A DNA stretch of 64,000 nt from Bacteroidales bacterium (GTDB taxonomy: Bacteria > Bacteroidota > Bacteroidia > Bacteroidales > UBA3824), in the NCBI GenBank assembly GCA_045597465.1, contig JAZLKG010000103.1, forward strand, positions 404 to 64,403. The letters are read 5' to 3'. The notes below the pieces were generated by a model. That model did not search any database. It saw only the letters and a list, made by a program, of their open reading frames with translations, and was not told the DNA's origin. This document shows positions 37,888-48,044 of the stretch, one piece after another. The stretch's first letter is position 1. Each line of letters begins with the position of its first letter. The translations under genes and the position numbers were made by a program.

Positions 37888-40419
37888 TCACTTCTTAGAG
37901 GTTTTCTTTGTAGTGGTTTTGGTGGCTGATGCTGACTTTTTGGTTGTTTCCTTCTCGGGGTCCACGCCGGCTATCTTCAGGCAGTCGGCCTCGCTAAGAG
38001 TAGCGGGATCGGTCTGCGACGACAGCTTAAAGTACTTTTTCTTGTACCAGATGGTGGGGTGTCCCCAACGGTCCCTTACAATGCGGAGGTTGTCGTTGAA
38101 CTCCTTTATGAGGTTGTTGGCGTCTTTCTCGGCCTTCTCCTTTATCAGCTCTATGCATCGCTCGTAGGATACAGTCATAGGGTCGTCGGTTTTCTTAAGC
38201 GACACAAACTTGCTGTTCCAGCTTACGTATGGACCAAAACGGCCCACGGCCACCTTTATCTTGTAACCCTCGTACTCGCCCAGGTCGCGTGGCAGCTCCA
38301 GGAACTTCAGGGCCTGATCCAGGGTAATGTTGTCGATGGTGTATGGCTTCAGGATGGTGGCGTACTTTGGCTTCTCGGGGTCGTCGGCCTCGCCCAGCTG
38401 AACCATTGGCCCAAAACGGCTTACACGCGCATACACGTTCTTTCCGCTCTTGGGGTCCACGCCCAGAAGCGTGCCGCCCAGCTCGTTGCTCAAAAGCTCC
38501 AGAGCCTCCTCCAGGGTGATGCTCTCTATGTGCTGGCTCTTCAGCAATGATGCGAACACTGGTTTCTCGGCGTCGTCGTTGTTGCCCAGCTGCACGATGG
38601 GTCCAAAACGGCCAATGCGCACGCTCACAGGCTTGCCGCTCTCGGGGTCGGTGCCCAGCAGACGCTCGCCCGACGAACGCTCGCCCTCCTCGATGCTCTT
38701 CTGAGTGGTGTCGTGGAAAGGCTCGTAGAAATCGTGGAGCATCTTGGTCCATTCCAGGTCGCCTGATGCTATGTCGTCGAAATACTTCTCTACCGTGGCG
38801 GTAAAGTTGTAATCCATTATGTCGTGGAAATGCTTGCCGAGGAAATCGGTCACAACCATAGCAATGTCGGTGCAGAACAGCTTGTTTTTCTCGGCGCCGG
38901 TGTTTTCCTTCTTTATCTGACGCTTCACCTTTCCGCCTTTAAGGCTGAAGCTTACGTATTCGCGCTCCACGCCGTTGCGGTCTTCCTTTATCACGTATCC
39001 ACGCTTTATAATAGTAGTGATGATGGGCGCGTATGTGGAAGGGCGGCCTATGCCGAGCTCCTCAAGGCGCTTTACGAGGCTTGCCTCGGTGTATCGTGGG
39101 TTGGGGCGCGAGAATCTCTGGTTTACCTCCATCTGGCTGAGGCTGATGCTTTCCTTTCCCTGCAATGCAGGCAGCAGCTGTTCGTCCTTGGCTGTCTCGT
39201 CGTCGGTGCCCTCGGAATATACCTTTAGGAAACCGTCGAACTTTATCACCTCACCAGAGGCCTGAAACTGATGCTTTGTGCCCTTGGCGTCGATCTTCAC
39301 GGTGGTGCGCTCTATCTGAGCATCAGCCATCTGAGACGCCAGAGTGCGCTTCAGGATAATCTCGTAGAGACGCTGCTCGTCCCACTTCTGCGAAACCACC
39401 TGCTGCATGCTGGTAGGTCTTATGGCCTCGTGGGCCTCCTGTGCGCCCTTGGTCTTGGTCTTGTACTGACGTGGCTTGCTGTAGGCCGCGCCGTATTCCT
39501 TGGTGATGAAATCCTTGCATGAGTTCATGCATACGTCGCTAAGGTTGGTGCTGTCGGTACGCATGTATGTGATGAAACCGCTCTCGTACAGGCTCTGTGC
39601 CAGCGACATTGTCTGGCTAACGGAGAAACCTAGCTTGCGGCTGGCTTCCTGCTGAAGAGTGGATGTGGTGAAAGGCGCTGCCGGAGAATGTTTGCCCGGC
39701 TTGGTAACCACCGAGTTGACAACGAAATCTGCGCCGTTGCACTCGTCGAGGAATTTCTTTACGGCATCCTCGTCGGCCAGGTCGCCGTTGTATTCGGCGC
39801 GGAAGGCGGCATCAGAGCTTGGCACAGAGAAATTGGCCTGGGCCTTGAACGACGGAGTGCTCACGAAATTGATGATCTCCCTCTCGCGCTCCACGATAAG
39901 GCGCACTGCCACGCTCTGCACGCGGCCGGCGCTAAGGCTGCTCTTCACCTTCTTCCAGAGCACCTCGCTGAGCTCGAAACCCACAAGGCGGTCCAGAATG
40001 CGGCGGGCCTGCTGCGCGTTTACGAGGTTGGTATCTATGGTGCGTGGATTCTTTACGGCCTCCTCGATGGCTTTCTTAGTAATCTCATGGAACACAATTC
40101 GCTTTGTGGTATCTACCGGCAACTTAAGCGTAACGGCCAGATGCCATGCTATAGCCTCTCCCTCGCGGTCCTCATCGGATGCGAGCCAAACCTGCTTGGC
40201 GGCTTTCACCTCCTTGCGCAGGTCGGCCACAACGGCCTTCTTGTCGGCGTCGATCTCGTATTTGGGCTCAAAATTGTTCTCGATGTCGATACCGTAATTC
40301 TTTTTAGCAAGATCACGGATATGTCCAAAACTTGGTTTTACAAGGTAGTCGTCGCCAAGAAGCTTCGCAATGGTTTTGGCCTTGGCTGGAGACTCCACTA
40401 TTACTAAGTTTGCTGCCAT
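37888..40419 (-). CDS. topA: DNA topoisomerase I
   Basis: Toprim LVIVESPAKAKTI, catalytic Tyr context ITYMRTDS and repeated C-terminal RFGP modules. Confidence 0.96.
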   Translation of the reverse strand: MAANLVIVESPAKAKTIAKLLGDDYLVKPSFGHIRDLAKKNYGIDIENNFEPKYEIDADKKAVVADLRKEVKAAKQVWLASDEDREGEAIAWHLAVTLKLPVDTTKRIVFHEITKKAIEEAVKNPRTIDTNLVNAQQARRILDRLVGFELSEVLWKKVKSSLSAGRVQSVAVRLIVEREREIINFVSTPSFKAQANFSVPSSDAAFRAEYNGDLADEDAVKKFLDECNGADFVVNSVVTKPGKHSPAAPFTTSTLQQEASRKLGFSVSQTMSLAQSLYESGFITYMRTDSTNLSDVCMNSCKDFITKEYGAAYSKPRQYKTKTKGAQEAHEAIRPTSMQQVVSQKWDEQRLYEIILKRTLASQMADAQIERTTVKIDAKGTKHQFQASGEVIKFDGFLKVYSEGTDDETAKDEQLLPALQGKESISLSQMEVNQRFSRPNPRYTEASLVKRLEELGIGRPSTYAPIITTIIKRGYVIKEDRNGVEREYVSFSLKGGKVKRQIKKENTGAEKNKLFCTDIAMVVTDFLGKHFHDIMDYNFTATVEKYFDDIASGDLEWTKMLHDFYEPFHDTTQKSIEEGERSSGERLLGTDPESGKPVSVRIGRFGPIVQLGNNDDAEKPVFASLLKSQHIESITLEEALELLSNELGGTLLGVDPKSGKNVYARVSRFGPMVQLGEADDPEKPKYATILKPYTIDNITLDQALKFLELPRDLGEYEGYKIKVAVGRFGPYVSWNSKFVSLKKTDDPMTVSYERCIELIKEKAEKDANNLIKEFNDNLRIVRDRWGHPTIWYKKKYFKLSSQTDPATLSEADCLKIAGVDPEKETTKKSASATKTTTKKTSKK

Positions 40420-40574
40420 TTAGTGTAAATTCTAAAATGTTTGGTTTTTGTAAAAGCAGGCAATGCCTGATAAATCAGGGTGCAAAGTAATAAAATTTGG
40501 CGGCCATTGACAAATTTTTTTTTCAAAATCGCACATTATATATTATAAACCTTGGTTTATTGCACTGAAATTTA

Positions 40575-40582
40575 TAATTTTG
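40575..40582 (+). promoter_or_regulatory. Bacteroidota -7 box for PBP1A gene
   Basis: TAATTTTG lies 42 nt upstream of ATG 40624. Confidence 0.4.
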
Positions 40583-40623
40583 CGCCTAAGTTTTCACCAA
40601 CAAACCAACTTTACAGCAACAAA

Positions 40624-43140
40624 ATGGAACTAAGCCAAAAAACACAAAGGAATTTCTTCATATTCCTGTGGGCCGCATTCATCATACCGGTAATAGCGGC
40701 TTTCGTAATATTCTTCATGATAGGCACGGGCAGTCTGGGCACCATTCCTGATTTCGAGGATCTGGAAAACCCCAAGAGCAGCCTTGCCAGCACCATCAAA
40801 TCCAGCGACGGAGCCATACTGGGCAAATTCTACAAGGAAAACCGCACCACCAACGACCGTTTCAAGGATATTCCCGTAAACATAAAGACAGCGCTGCTGT
40901 CCACCGAGGACGTGCGTTTCTACGACCACGCAGGAATAGACCTCACCGCACTTTTGCGCGTGGTGAAGGGCTTCATGGGCGCGGGATCCACTTCCGGAGG
41001 CTCCACTGTAACACAGCAGCTGGCCAAAAACCTCTACAAGCTGCGTGGCGAGGATGTAAACATCAGGAACAGGGCCATTACAGAGAAGTTTGTCCTGAAG
41101 CTTCAGGAATGGGTTACCGCCGTGCTGCTGGAAAAGCGCTACTGCAAAGACGAGATAATGAGCATGTACCTGAACACCGTTACCTACGGACACAACACTT
41201 TCGGAATAGAGGCCGCATCACGCACCTTCTTCGACAAGAAACCCGAGGAGCTCACCCAGGACGAGGCCGCCGTGCTTGTGGGTCTGCTTCAGGCTCCATC
41301 AAGATACAGCCCAAAATCGCACCCTCAGGCTTCCAAGACCCGCCGCAACACGGTTTTGGGACAGATAGAGAAGTATCAGGCCGACATAAAAGAAATCTAC
41401 AAGGGCACCAAGAGCGAGAAGGACTTCCACCTGTACTCGCACGCCGAGCTGGAGGAGATGAGGGCCAAGAACATAGAGCTCCATTTTACAGCCGAGAGCC
41501 ACACCGAGGGCGGCGCACCATATTTCAGGGAGTTCCTGAGGCTGTTCATGACCGCCAAGAAACCCGAGCGCGCCAACTATGCTGAATGGCAGGACGACGT
41601 ATACCACGAGGACTCTCTCATGTGGGAGACCAACCCGCTGTACGGATGGTGCAACAAAAACAAGAAGGCCAACGGCGAAAACTACAGCATCTACAACGAC
41701 GGACTTACGATATACACCACCATCGACAGCCGCATGCAGGCGTTTGCCGAGGAGGCCGTAACGATGCACATGGGAAAAGGCTTCAAGGTGGGACAGTTCT
41801 CGTATGACCCTCTCCAGGGCCTTTTCGAGAGATCGGAGATAAAGCTCCACAAGAAGCTGAACATAGGCGGACACGACTTTATCCGCCCGTTCAGCAGCAG
41901 GATATCCGAGGCTCAGACCAAGCAGATAATCAACCAGGCCGTAAAGCGCAGCGAGCGCTGGAAGGCCGGCAAGGCGGCAGGCCTGGATTCCGTACAGATA
42001 ATAAAGCAGTTTTTCGAGATGACTCCTATGCGCGTGTTCACATGGAGCCATCCCGAGGGACATGACACCGTGATGATGCCTATGGACTCGCTGCTCTACT
42101 ACAAGAGATTCCTGAGATGCGGAATGATGAGCATGGAGCCTCAGACCGGACACGTGAAGGCATACGTGGGCGGCATCAACTACAAATACTTCCAGTACGA
42201 CCACGTAAGCCTGGGACGCCGTCAGGTGGGTTCCACCTTCAAGCCCTACGTATACTGCGGTATGTTCCTGAACAGAAAGGAGATAACACCTGAGCACATG
42301 CTGGCCAACGTGGAATACAGCTTCGACAATCCGGGCGGTACTCCCCCATTCTACACACCAAGATTCTCGAAATCGAGCCGCGACGGCGAGATGATATCCC
42401 TGAAGACCGGCCTTGCGCTAAGTCTCAACCAGATATCGGCATGGTGCATGAAATCCACCGACCCTAAAACCATCATCAACTTTGTGCACCGCATGGGCAT
42501 CATATCGCCCATAGAGCCCGTGCCATCGATATGCGTGGGCGCCGTGGAGCTAAAGATAAAGGAGATGGTATCGGCCTACTGCGCCTTTGCCAACAAGGGA
42601 CAGAGCACAAGCCCGATATTCGTAACCGAAATCCGCGACAAGAACGGCAACCAGGTGGCCACATTCAGCACCACCCACAAGGAGGCAATCCCCGAGATTA
42701 CAGCCTACAAGATGGTGGAAATGCTAAGGGGCGTAACACACGGCGGCACCGCCACACGCCTCATGATGCCTTCGGTATTCGGCCTCAAGGCTGATATCGG
42801 CGGCAAAACCGGAACCACCAACCTCTGCGCCGACGGATGGTTCATGGGCATCACTCCTCAGCTGGTATCGGGAGTATGGGCCGGCGGCGAGGACCGCGCG
42901 GTGCAGTTCTCCAACGGCGAGATAGGCCAGGGCGCGCGCATGGCAATGCCTGTGTTCGGATACTACATGAAGAAAATCTACGAGGACCCCGAGCTCTCGA
43001 AGATTTACCGCGACGACGTGGAGTTTGCCAAGCCCGAAAACTACGACGAATACGAGAACAGCGAGAGCCTGAGCGAGGGCAAGACCATAGAGCACAGCGT
43101 GGATTTCGAGGAGTTCAACGAGTATCAGGAGGAATTCTAA
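40624..43140 (+). CDS. Penicillin-binding protein 1A (bifunctional transglycosylase/transpeptidase)
   Basis: GT51 motif STEDVRFYDHAGID and transpeptidase STFK (GSTFKPY) and KTGT (GGKTGTTN). Start set at ATG 40624 rather than the upstream TTG of the tracked ORF. Confidence 0.93.
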   Translation: MELSQKTQRNFFIFLWAAFIIPVIAAFVIFFMIGTGSLGTIPDFEDLENPKSSLASTIKSSDGAILGKFYKENRTTNDRFKDIPVNIKTALLSTEDVRFYDHAGIDLTALLRVVKGFMGAGSTSGGSTVTQQLAKNLYKLRGEDVNIRNRAITEKFVLKLQEWVTAVLLEKRYCKDEIMSMYLNTVTYGHNTFGIEAASRTFFDKKPEELTQDEAAVLVGLLQAPSRYSPKSHPQASKTRRNTVLGQIEKYQADIKEIYKGTKSEKDFHLYSHAELEEMRAKNIELHFTAESHTEGGAPYFREFLRLFMTAKKPERANYAEWQDDVYHEDSLMWETNPLYGWCNKNKKANGENYSIYNDGLTIYTTIDSRMQAFAEEAVTMHMGKGFKVGQFSYDPLQGLFERSEIKLHKKLNIGGHDFIRPFSSRISEAQTKQIINQAVKRSERWKAGKAAGLDSVQIIKQFFEMTPMRVFTWSHPEGHDTVMMPMDSLLYYKRFLRCGMMSMEPQTGHVKAYVGGINYKYFQYDHVSLGRRQVGSTFKPYVYCGMFLNRKEITPEHMLANVEYSFDNPGGTPPFYTPRFSKSSRDGEMISLKTGLALSLNQISAWCMKSTDPKTIINFVHRMGIISPIEPVPSICVGAVELKIKEMVSAYCAFANKGQSTSPIFVTEIRDKNGNQVATFSTTHKEAIPEITAYKMVEMLRGVTHGGTATRLMMPSVFGLKADIGGKTGTTNLCADGWFMGITPQLVSGVWAGGEDRAVQFSNGEIGQGARMAMPVFGYYMKKIYEDPELSKIYRDDVEFAKPENYDEYENSESLSEGKTIEHSVDFEEFNEYQEEF

Positions 43141-43141
43141 T

Positions 43142-43954
43142 ATGAGGAGGCTTCTATTGGCTGTCGGCATGGCCATCTCGGCAAGCGCCTGCGTTCACGA
43201 ATTTCCGTTCAGGCAGGGCGAGGTGGACGAAAACACGATAGTAATAGAAGGCTACATCACCAACGAATACATGCACCACACGGTGCAGATATCAAGGCTG
43301 TCGTCATACGAGGACACCGTCCGCAATATGCTGAAAGGCGCTTACGTGGCGGTATCATCGGGCGACAGCACTTATTACTACAACGAGACCGAGGACGGAA
43401 TATACACATCGGAAACCAAGTTTGTGGGCGTGGCTGGCAATGTATACTTCCTCCACGTAAGGATCAACGATTCCACAATCATATCGGCCGAGAGCAGGAT
43501 GCTCCCCGTAACGCCGCCCGAGAAAATCACATTCAAGAGCCATCCCGACGGCAACAGGTCGATAGGCTATATTGCTGAGGCTTTCGTATCAGAAAACCCC
43601 GCCAAGTACGTGGTGCAGGTAAACTGGACCGACCATAGCAGCGAAGAGCCCCGCCGGGCCAACTTGTACTACTATTCGCTCACCACGGTGGACATATCGC
43701 AGCTGTTTGCGCCCAAGGTTCAGGAAACAAGGTTCCCATCGGGAGCCCAACTGATAGAGCGCAAATACAGCATCGACAAAAACTACGAGACCTACCTGAG
43801 ATCGCTGCTGGCCGAGCAGCTGTGGAGCGGCGGATATTTCGACGAGGCCCACGGAAACCTGCACACCAACCTGATATGCAACCGCAGCCAGGTGAAGACC
43901 GCCGGATATTTCTCGGCCAACACGGTATACATTGATACTTTGGTGGTGGAGTAG
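43142..43954 (+). CDS. DUF4249-like lipoprotein
   Basis: Lipoprotein signal AISASAC. IVIEGYITNEYMHHTVQISR and GNVYFLHVRINDS patterns resemble DUF4249. Its start lies 1 nt after the PBP1A stop. Confidence 0.55.
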   Translation: MRRLLLAVGMAISASACVHEFPFRQGEVDENTIVIEGYITNEYMHHTVQISRLSSYEDTVRNMLKGAYVAVSSGDSTYYYNETEDGIYTSETKFVGVAGNVYFLHVRINDSTIISAESRMLPVTPPEKITFKSHPDGNRSIGYIAEAFVSENPAKYVVQVNWTDHSSEEPRRANLYYYSLTTVDISQLFAPKVQETRFPSGAQLIERKYSIDKNYETYLRSLLAEQLWSGGYFDEAHGNLHTNLICNRSQVKTAGYFSANTVYIDTLVVE

Positions 43955-44066
43955 GGAGTAGATAGTAGGTAGTAGTTAGTAGATAGTAGAAAGTAGAAAG
44001 TAGAAAGTGTAAAGTGTAAAGTGTAAAGTAGATAGTAGTTGGTAGATAGTAGTTAGTAGGAATGAA
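43939..44066 (+). repeat. Cytosine-free tract with six tandem heptamers (gtagaaa x3, gtgtaaa x3) flanked by tagatagtag words
   Basis: Direct reading finds no C on the plus strand from 43939 to 44066. The heptamers lie at 43986-44027. The tract spans the stop at 43952-43954 and the folK ATG at 44062. Confidence 0.9.
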
Positions 44067-44547
44067 CACACATATATTATTAGGAACAAACCTTGGCGAC
44101 AGGGAGGGTTTCCTGAAGCTGGCCATAGAGCTGATAGAGCAGCGTGTGGGCCGCGTAACAAGGAAATCGCCGATATACGAAACCCAGTCGTGGGGGTATC
44201 AGGACAACGACTACCTGAACCAGGTGATAGTATGCGAAACCACGCTGAGCCCCGAGGAAACCCTGAAGGCCACAAGCCGGATAGAAAACGAGCTGGGGCG
44301 CATACGCGACAGGCAAGGATATCAGGCCCGCACAATAGACATCGACATTCTGCTATGCGGCAGCGAGGTGGTGGACTCCCCTACCCTGACGGTGCCTCAT
44401 CCAAGGATGCAGGAAAGGAAGTTTGTGCTGATACCTATGTGCCAGCTGGACGGGGACCTGATGCATCCCACTATCAACAAGACAATGAACGAACTTTTGC
44501 AGCAATGCACCGACAACTGCAACGTAAAACCATATAAACAGCAATGA
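44062..44547 (+). CDS. folK: 2-amino-4-hydroxy-6-hydroxymethyldihydropteridine diphosphokinase
   Basis: 161 aa with HPPK motifs (TIDIDIL, VPHPRMQERKFVLIPM). Confidence 0.9.
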   Translation: MNTHILLGTNLGDREGFLKLAIELIEQRVGRVTRKSPIYETQSWGYQDNDYLNQVIVCETTLSPEETLKATSRIENELGRIRDRQGYQARTIDIDILLCGSEVVDSPTLTVPHPRMQERKFVLIPMCQLDGDLMHPTINKTMNELLQQCTDNCNVKPYKQQ

Positions 44548-46520
44548 TCTCAGTAAACAACGTAACTGTTACATTCTCAGGCAACGACCTGTTTCAGGAT
44601 ATAAGTTTTGTAATCAACCCCAAGGACAGGATAGGTCTGGCCGGCAAAAACGGCGCGGGCAAATCCACATTGATGAAGGTGATTGTGGGCGAGCAGCCGC
44701 TGGAGCGCGGATCGGTAACCATACCGGGAGGCGTAAGCATTGGCTACCTGCCTCAGCACATGGACCTTCCTGCCGGCAGAACGGTGATGGAGGAAGCCCT
44801 TACCTGTTTCGACGAGGCCAAGCAGCTGGAGGCTGAGATCGCACAGCTGAGCAACGAGATTGCCACCCGCACCGACTACGAGAGCGACAGCTACATGGAC
44901 CTGATCCACCGCATGACCGAGGCCAACGACCGTCTGGAGATGATGGGGAGCAGCAAGAGAGAGGCTGAGACTGAGGTTGTACTGAAAGGTCTCGGTTTCA
45001 AGCAGACCGATTTCACACGTCAGACCTCGGAGTTCTCGGGCGGATGGAAGATGCGCATAATCCTTGCGAAGGTGATCCTGAGAAAGCCAAACGTGTTTCT
45101 CCTCGACGAGCCCACCAACCACCTCGATATTGAGTCAATCCAGTGGCTGGAGGATTTCCTGAAGGACTACGCCGGCGCAGTGGTGCTAATAAGCCACGAC
45201 CGCACATTCCTCGACAATGTTACCAAGCGCACCATCGAAATCTCTCTCGGAAAGATTTACGACTACAACGCACCTTATACCAAATATCTGGAACTCCGCA
45301 AGGAGCGCCGTCAGCAGCAGATATCGGCCTACGAGAATCAGCAGAAGATGATAAAGGAGACCGAGGATTTCATTGAGCGTTTCAGATACAAACCCACAAA
45401 ATCCAATCAGGTTCAGTCGAGAATCAAGATGCTCGACAAGATTGAGCGTCTTGAGGTGGATCTGGAGGACAACAGCAGCATCCATTTCAAGTTTCCACCG
45501 GCTCCAAGAAGCGGTCAGATTGTAGTGAAAGCCAATCAGATGACCAAGGCTTTCGGCGAGAAGGTGATATTGAAGGACATAGATTTTCAGCTGGAGCGCG
45601 GCGAGAAGGTTGCCTTTGTGGGCCGAAACGGCGAGGGCAAAACCACATTCTCACGCTGCATAATAGGTCAGCTGCCATACGACGGCGAGCTTAAGCTGGG
45701 CTACAACGTATCCATCGGCTACTACGCACAGAATCAGGACGAGCTTCTGGATCTGGAAAAGACAGTTTTCCAGACCTTGGACGACATAGCAACCGGCGAC
45801 ATGAGAACCAAGGTACGCGACATCCTTGGCGCATTCCTCTTTGGCGGCGAGGACATCGAGAAGAAGGTGAAGGTGCTTTCCGGCGGCGAGCGCGCACGAT
45901 TGGAGATGGCCAAGCTCCTCTTTGAGCCATACTCTCTCTTGGTGCTCGACGAGCCTACCAACCACCTCGACATCAGAAGCAAGGAAATCCTGAAGAAGGC
46001 ACTGCTGGCCTACGACGGCACAATAATCCTCGTAAGCCACGACCGTGACTTCCTCCACGGCCTTGCCGACACTATCTACGAGTTCAAGGACCAGAAGATA
46101 AAGCAATACAAGGGCGACATCAGCTACTTCCTGGAAAAGCTGAAGCTGGAGAATATGAAGCAGTTTGAGGCTCAGAAGCCCACTGCGGCCAAGCTACAGG
46201 AAACCCAGGCATCAGCCACTAAAAACACCCCCGAGGCCGATACCGCAGCACCCGCCGCCGGCAGCAAGGAGGATTACATGCTGCGCAAGGAAAAGGAGAA
46301 AAACCTCCGCAAGCTGAAGACCCAGGTGGAGAAATCCGAGCAGAGGATAGCCCAGCTGGAAAGCGAGATGCAGGCCATAGAGAAGAAGCTAGAACTGTCT
46401 GAAAACCAGACCGATATGGACCTCTTTAAGCAATACGACAACATAAAGGCCGAGCTGGAAAACGAGATGAATTTCTGGGAGGAGGCCACCATGAAGTACG
46501 AGGAGGCGTCGGCAGAATAA
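44544..46520 (+). CDS. ABC-F family ATPase (no transmembrane domain)
   Basis: Two ABC cassettes (GKNGAGKST / LSGGWKMR; GRNGEGKTT / LSGGERAR) and a C-terminal coiled-coil tail. Confidence 0.92.
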   Translation: MISVNNVTVTFSGNDLFQDISFVINPKDRIGLAGKNGAGKSTLMKVIVGEQPLERGSVTIPGGVSIGYLPQHMDLPAGRTVMEEALTCFDEAKQLEAEIAQLSNEIATRTDYESDSYMDLIHRMTEANDRLEMMGSSKREAETEVVLKGLGFKQTDFTRQTSEFSGGWKMRIILAKVILRKPNVFLLDEPTNHLDIESIQWLEDFLKDYAGAVVLISHDRTFLDNVTKRTIEISLGKIYDYNAPYTKYLELRKERRQQQISAYENQQKMIKETEDFIERFRYKPTKSNQVQSRIKMLDKIERLEVDLEDNSSIHFKFPPAPRSGQIVVKANQMTKAFGEKVILKDIDFQLERGEKVAFVGRNGEGKTTFSRCIIGQLPYDGELKLGYNVSIGYYAQNQDELLDLEKTVFQTLDDIATGDMRTKVRDILGAFLFGGEDIEKKVKVLSGGERARLEMAKLLFEPYSLLVLDEPTNHLDIRSKEILKKALLAYDGTIILVSHDRDFLHGLADTIYEFKDQKIKQYKGDISYFLEKLKLENMKQFEAQKPTAAKLQETQASATKNTPEADTAAPAAGSKEDYMLRKEKEKNLRKLKTQVEKSEQRIAQLESEMQAIEKKLELSENQTDMDLFKQYDNIKAELENEMNFWEEATMKYEEASAE

Positions 46521-46532
46521 AACACATACGTT

Positions 46533-47534
46533 ATGGAAAACATCAGCAAGACATTGAAAATAGCCGAGGTTGCAGAGCTGGTGGTGCTGGGCATAATAAT
46601 GCTTTGCGCCAAGCTCGACATAGACGACACCATGCTAAGGCAGATGCTTATAGTGACATCGCTTGCGCTGGCGGCCGTGTACATGGTATCGCTGTTCAGG
46701 ATAAGCCTTACGGGAATGGAGCGCGGCGAAAACGCCCGGGTGATAGGCCGCAGGAAATTCGCGCTTATAGCCCTGGCCATGCTGTCGATAGGTATAATGT
46801 TCAAGTTCAAGCATTTTCCCGGCGGATCGCTGATGCTGATGCTTGGCTCGGTAACCCTCGTGATAGTTCTCATAATGCTGATATTTGGCAGCGACTACAG
46901 CAGTCAGGACGCTCAGACGGAAGGCCGCCATGCCACCGAGGAGATTCAGCCTCAGGCCCTTGGCAGAAGCGAGCTGATGCCGCGCGCAATAATCGGCATT
47001 GCCATAGGAGTGCTGATACTGCTGTATGGACACAGGATGGAGCCATACCACGCCAAGACCGAGCTCGTAGAATCTCTGGTGAGCAGCGAGATGGTGAATG
47101 TGCCCATCTCCCGCGACGATGCCAAGCTGATAGCCGCCTGGTACGACGTTAGCCGCGGTTTCAAGAAGGAGAAGGTTTTGGAGGCCTACGGAGTGTCGGA
47201 GGCGGATTTCGATTCCAAGGCTGAGGCTCTGGCATACGGCGGCAGGGGAAACATCCCTCAGGAAAGGAACATCAGGATTATAGGCGAATACCGCAGAGAC
47301 CGCAACTGGCCATACACCGACCTCAAGAAGCTTGTGGCTCCCGAGGATACCGCCTATGTGTATTCGCTGCGCTCGGTGGTTTACCAGGTTCTCTGGAACG
47401 ACCCCTACATTCAGCGCGCCATGGACCTCGACAACATCGCCAAACACACCGACGACAAGGCTTTCAAGGCTTTCGTAGAAAAGGATTTGGAGGAAGAGCG
47501 TTTCTATTTGGACAGGCTGCCGGTGATATATTAG
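46533..47534 (+). CDS. Hypothetical membrane protein
   Basis: Five or six hydrophobic helices in the N-terminal half and a soluble C-terminal half without recognisable motifs. Core-like codon usage. Confidence 0.7.
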   Translation: MENISKTLKIAEVAELVVLGIIMLCAKLDIDDTMLRQMLIVTSLALAAVYMVSLFRISLTGMERGENARVIGRRKFALIALAMLSIGIMFKFKHFPGGSLMLMLGSVTLVIVLIMLIFGSDYSSQDAQTEGRHATEEIQPQALGRSELMPRAIIGIAIGVLILLYGHRMEPYHAKTELVESLVSSEMVNVPISRDDAKLIAAWYDVSRGFKKEKVLEAYGVSEADFDSKAEALAYGGRGNIPQERNIRIIGEYRRDRNWPYTDLKKLVAPEDTAYVYSLRSVVYQVLWNDPYIQRAMDLDNIAKHTDDKAFKAFVEKDLEEERFYLDRLPVIY

Positions 47535-47548
47535 AGGGGGAGGAAGGA

Positions 47549-47703
47549 TCTATTTTCCTTGTCTCAGGAACATCAAATGTCATAGTTACAGTACACATAG
47601 CGATATTTGTTAAGGTTACAAGGCAAACAATTTATTTCAAATAAGGAAATTATTGGGGAAGAAAAAAGTTTGTTCGGCATGAGATACCGGACAAACTTTT
47701 CTT
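47549..47703. repeat. Direct repeat copy 1 (about 155 bp), including a bidirectional terminator hairpin at 47664-47700
   Basis: Roughly 90% identical by eye to 49796-49951; the first 76 nt differ at one position. It contains a decayed copy of the 5' end of the small gene at 49672-49887, and the aaaagtttgttcgg/ccggacaaactttt stem. Confidence 0.9.
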
Positions 47704-47778
47704 TATCACATAGGCAATAGTATCAACTATGCAAACAAATCGCAAATAAAATTGCCAACTGACTTTCCTCCGCGAAGG

Positions 47779-48039
47779 CTATTTTACATACTTATCTTTC
47801 CAAACCTGTTTGTACTCAATTGTATTCTCCGAATGGTCGTCATAATCATAATACAAATTAAAATGACCATTTTTTTCGAAAACTAATGTCTGAACAAACC
47901 ACTTCTTTTCATTATAATCTGACAACAAAATCTGATACAGTTTATCGAAACAACCACGCACTGAATTTCTCGAAATATTATATTCCTTCTCCAATGCGAA
48001 ACATTGAACAAAGCGTCCTTCTACCAAAGTATAGAACAC
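47779..48039 (-). CDS. Small hypothetical protein (possibly a truncated immunity-protein-like domain)
   Basis: 86 aa. It starts 5 nt after the ATPase stop. The WFVQTLVFEKNGHFNLYYDYDD pattern resembles cytoplasmic immunity proteins, but this is a weak impression only. Confidence 0.45.
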   Translation of the reverse strand: MFYTLVEGRFVQCFALEKEYNISRNSVRGCFDKLYQILLSDYNEKKWFVQTLVFEKNGHFNLYYDYDDHSENTIEYKQVWKDKYVK

Positions 48040-48044
48040 AAATT

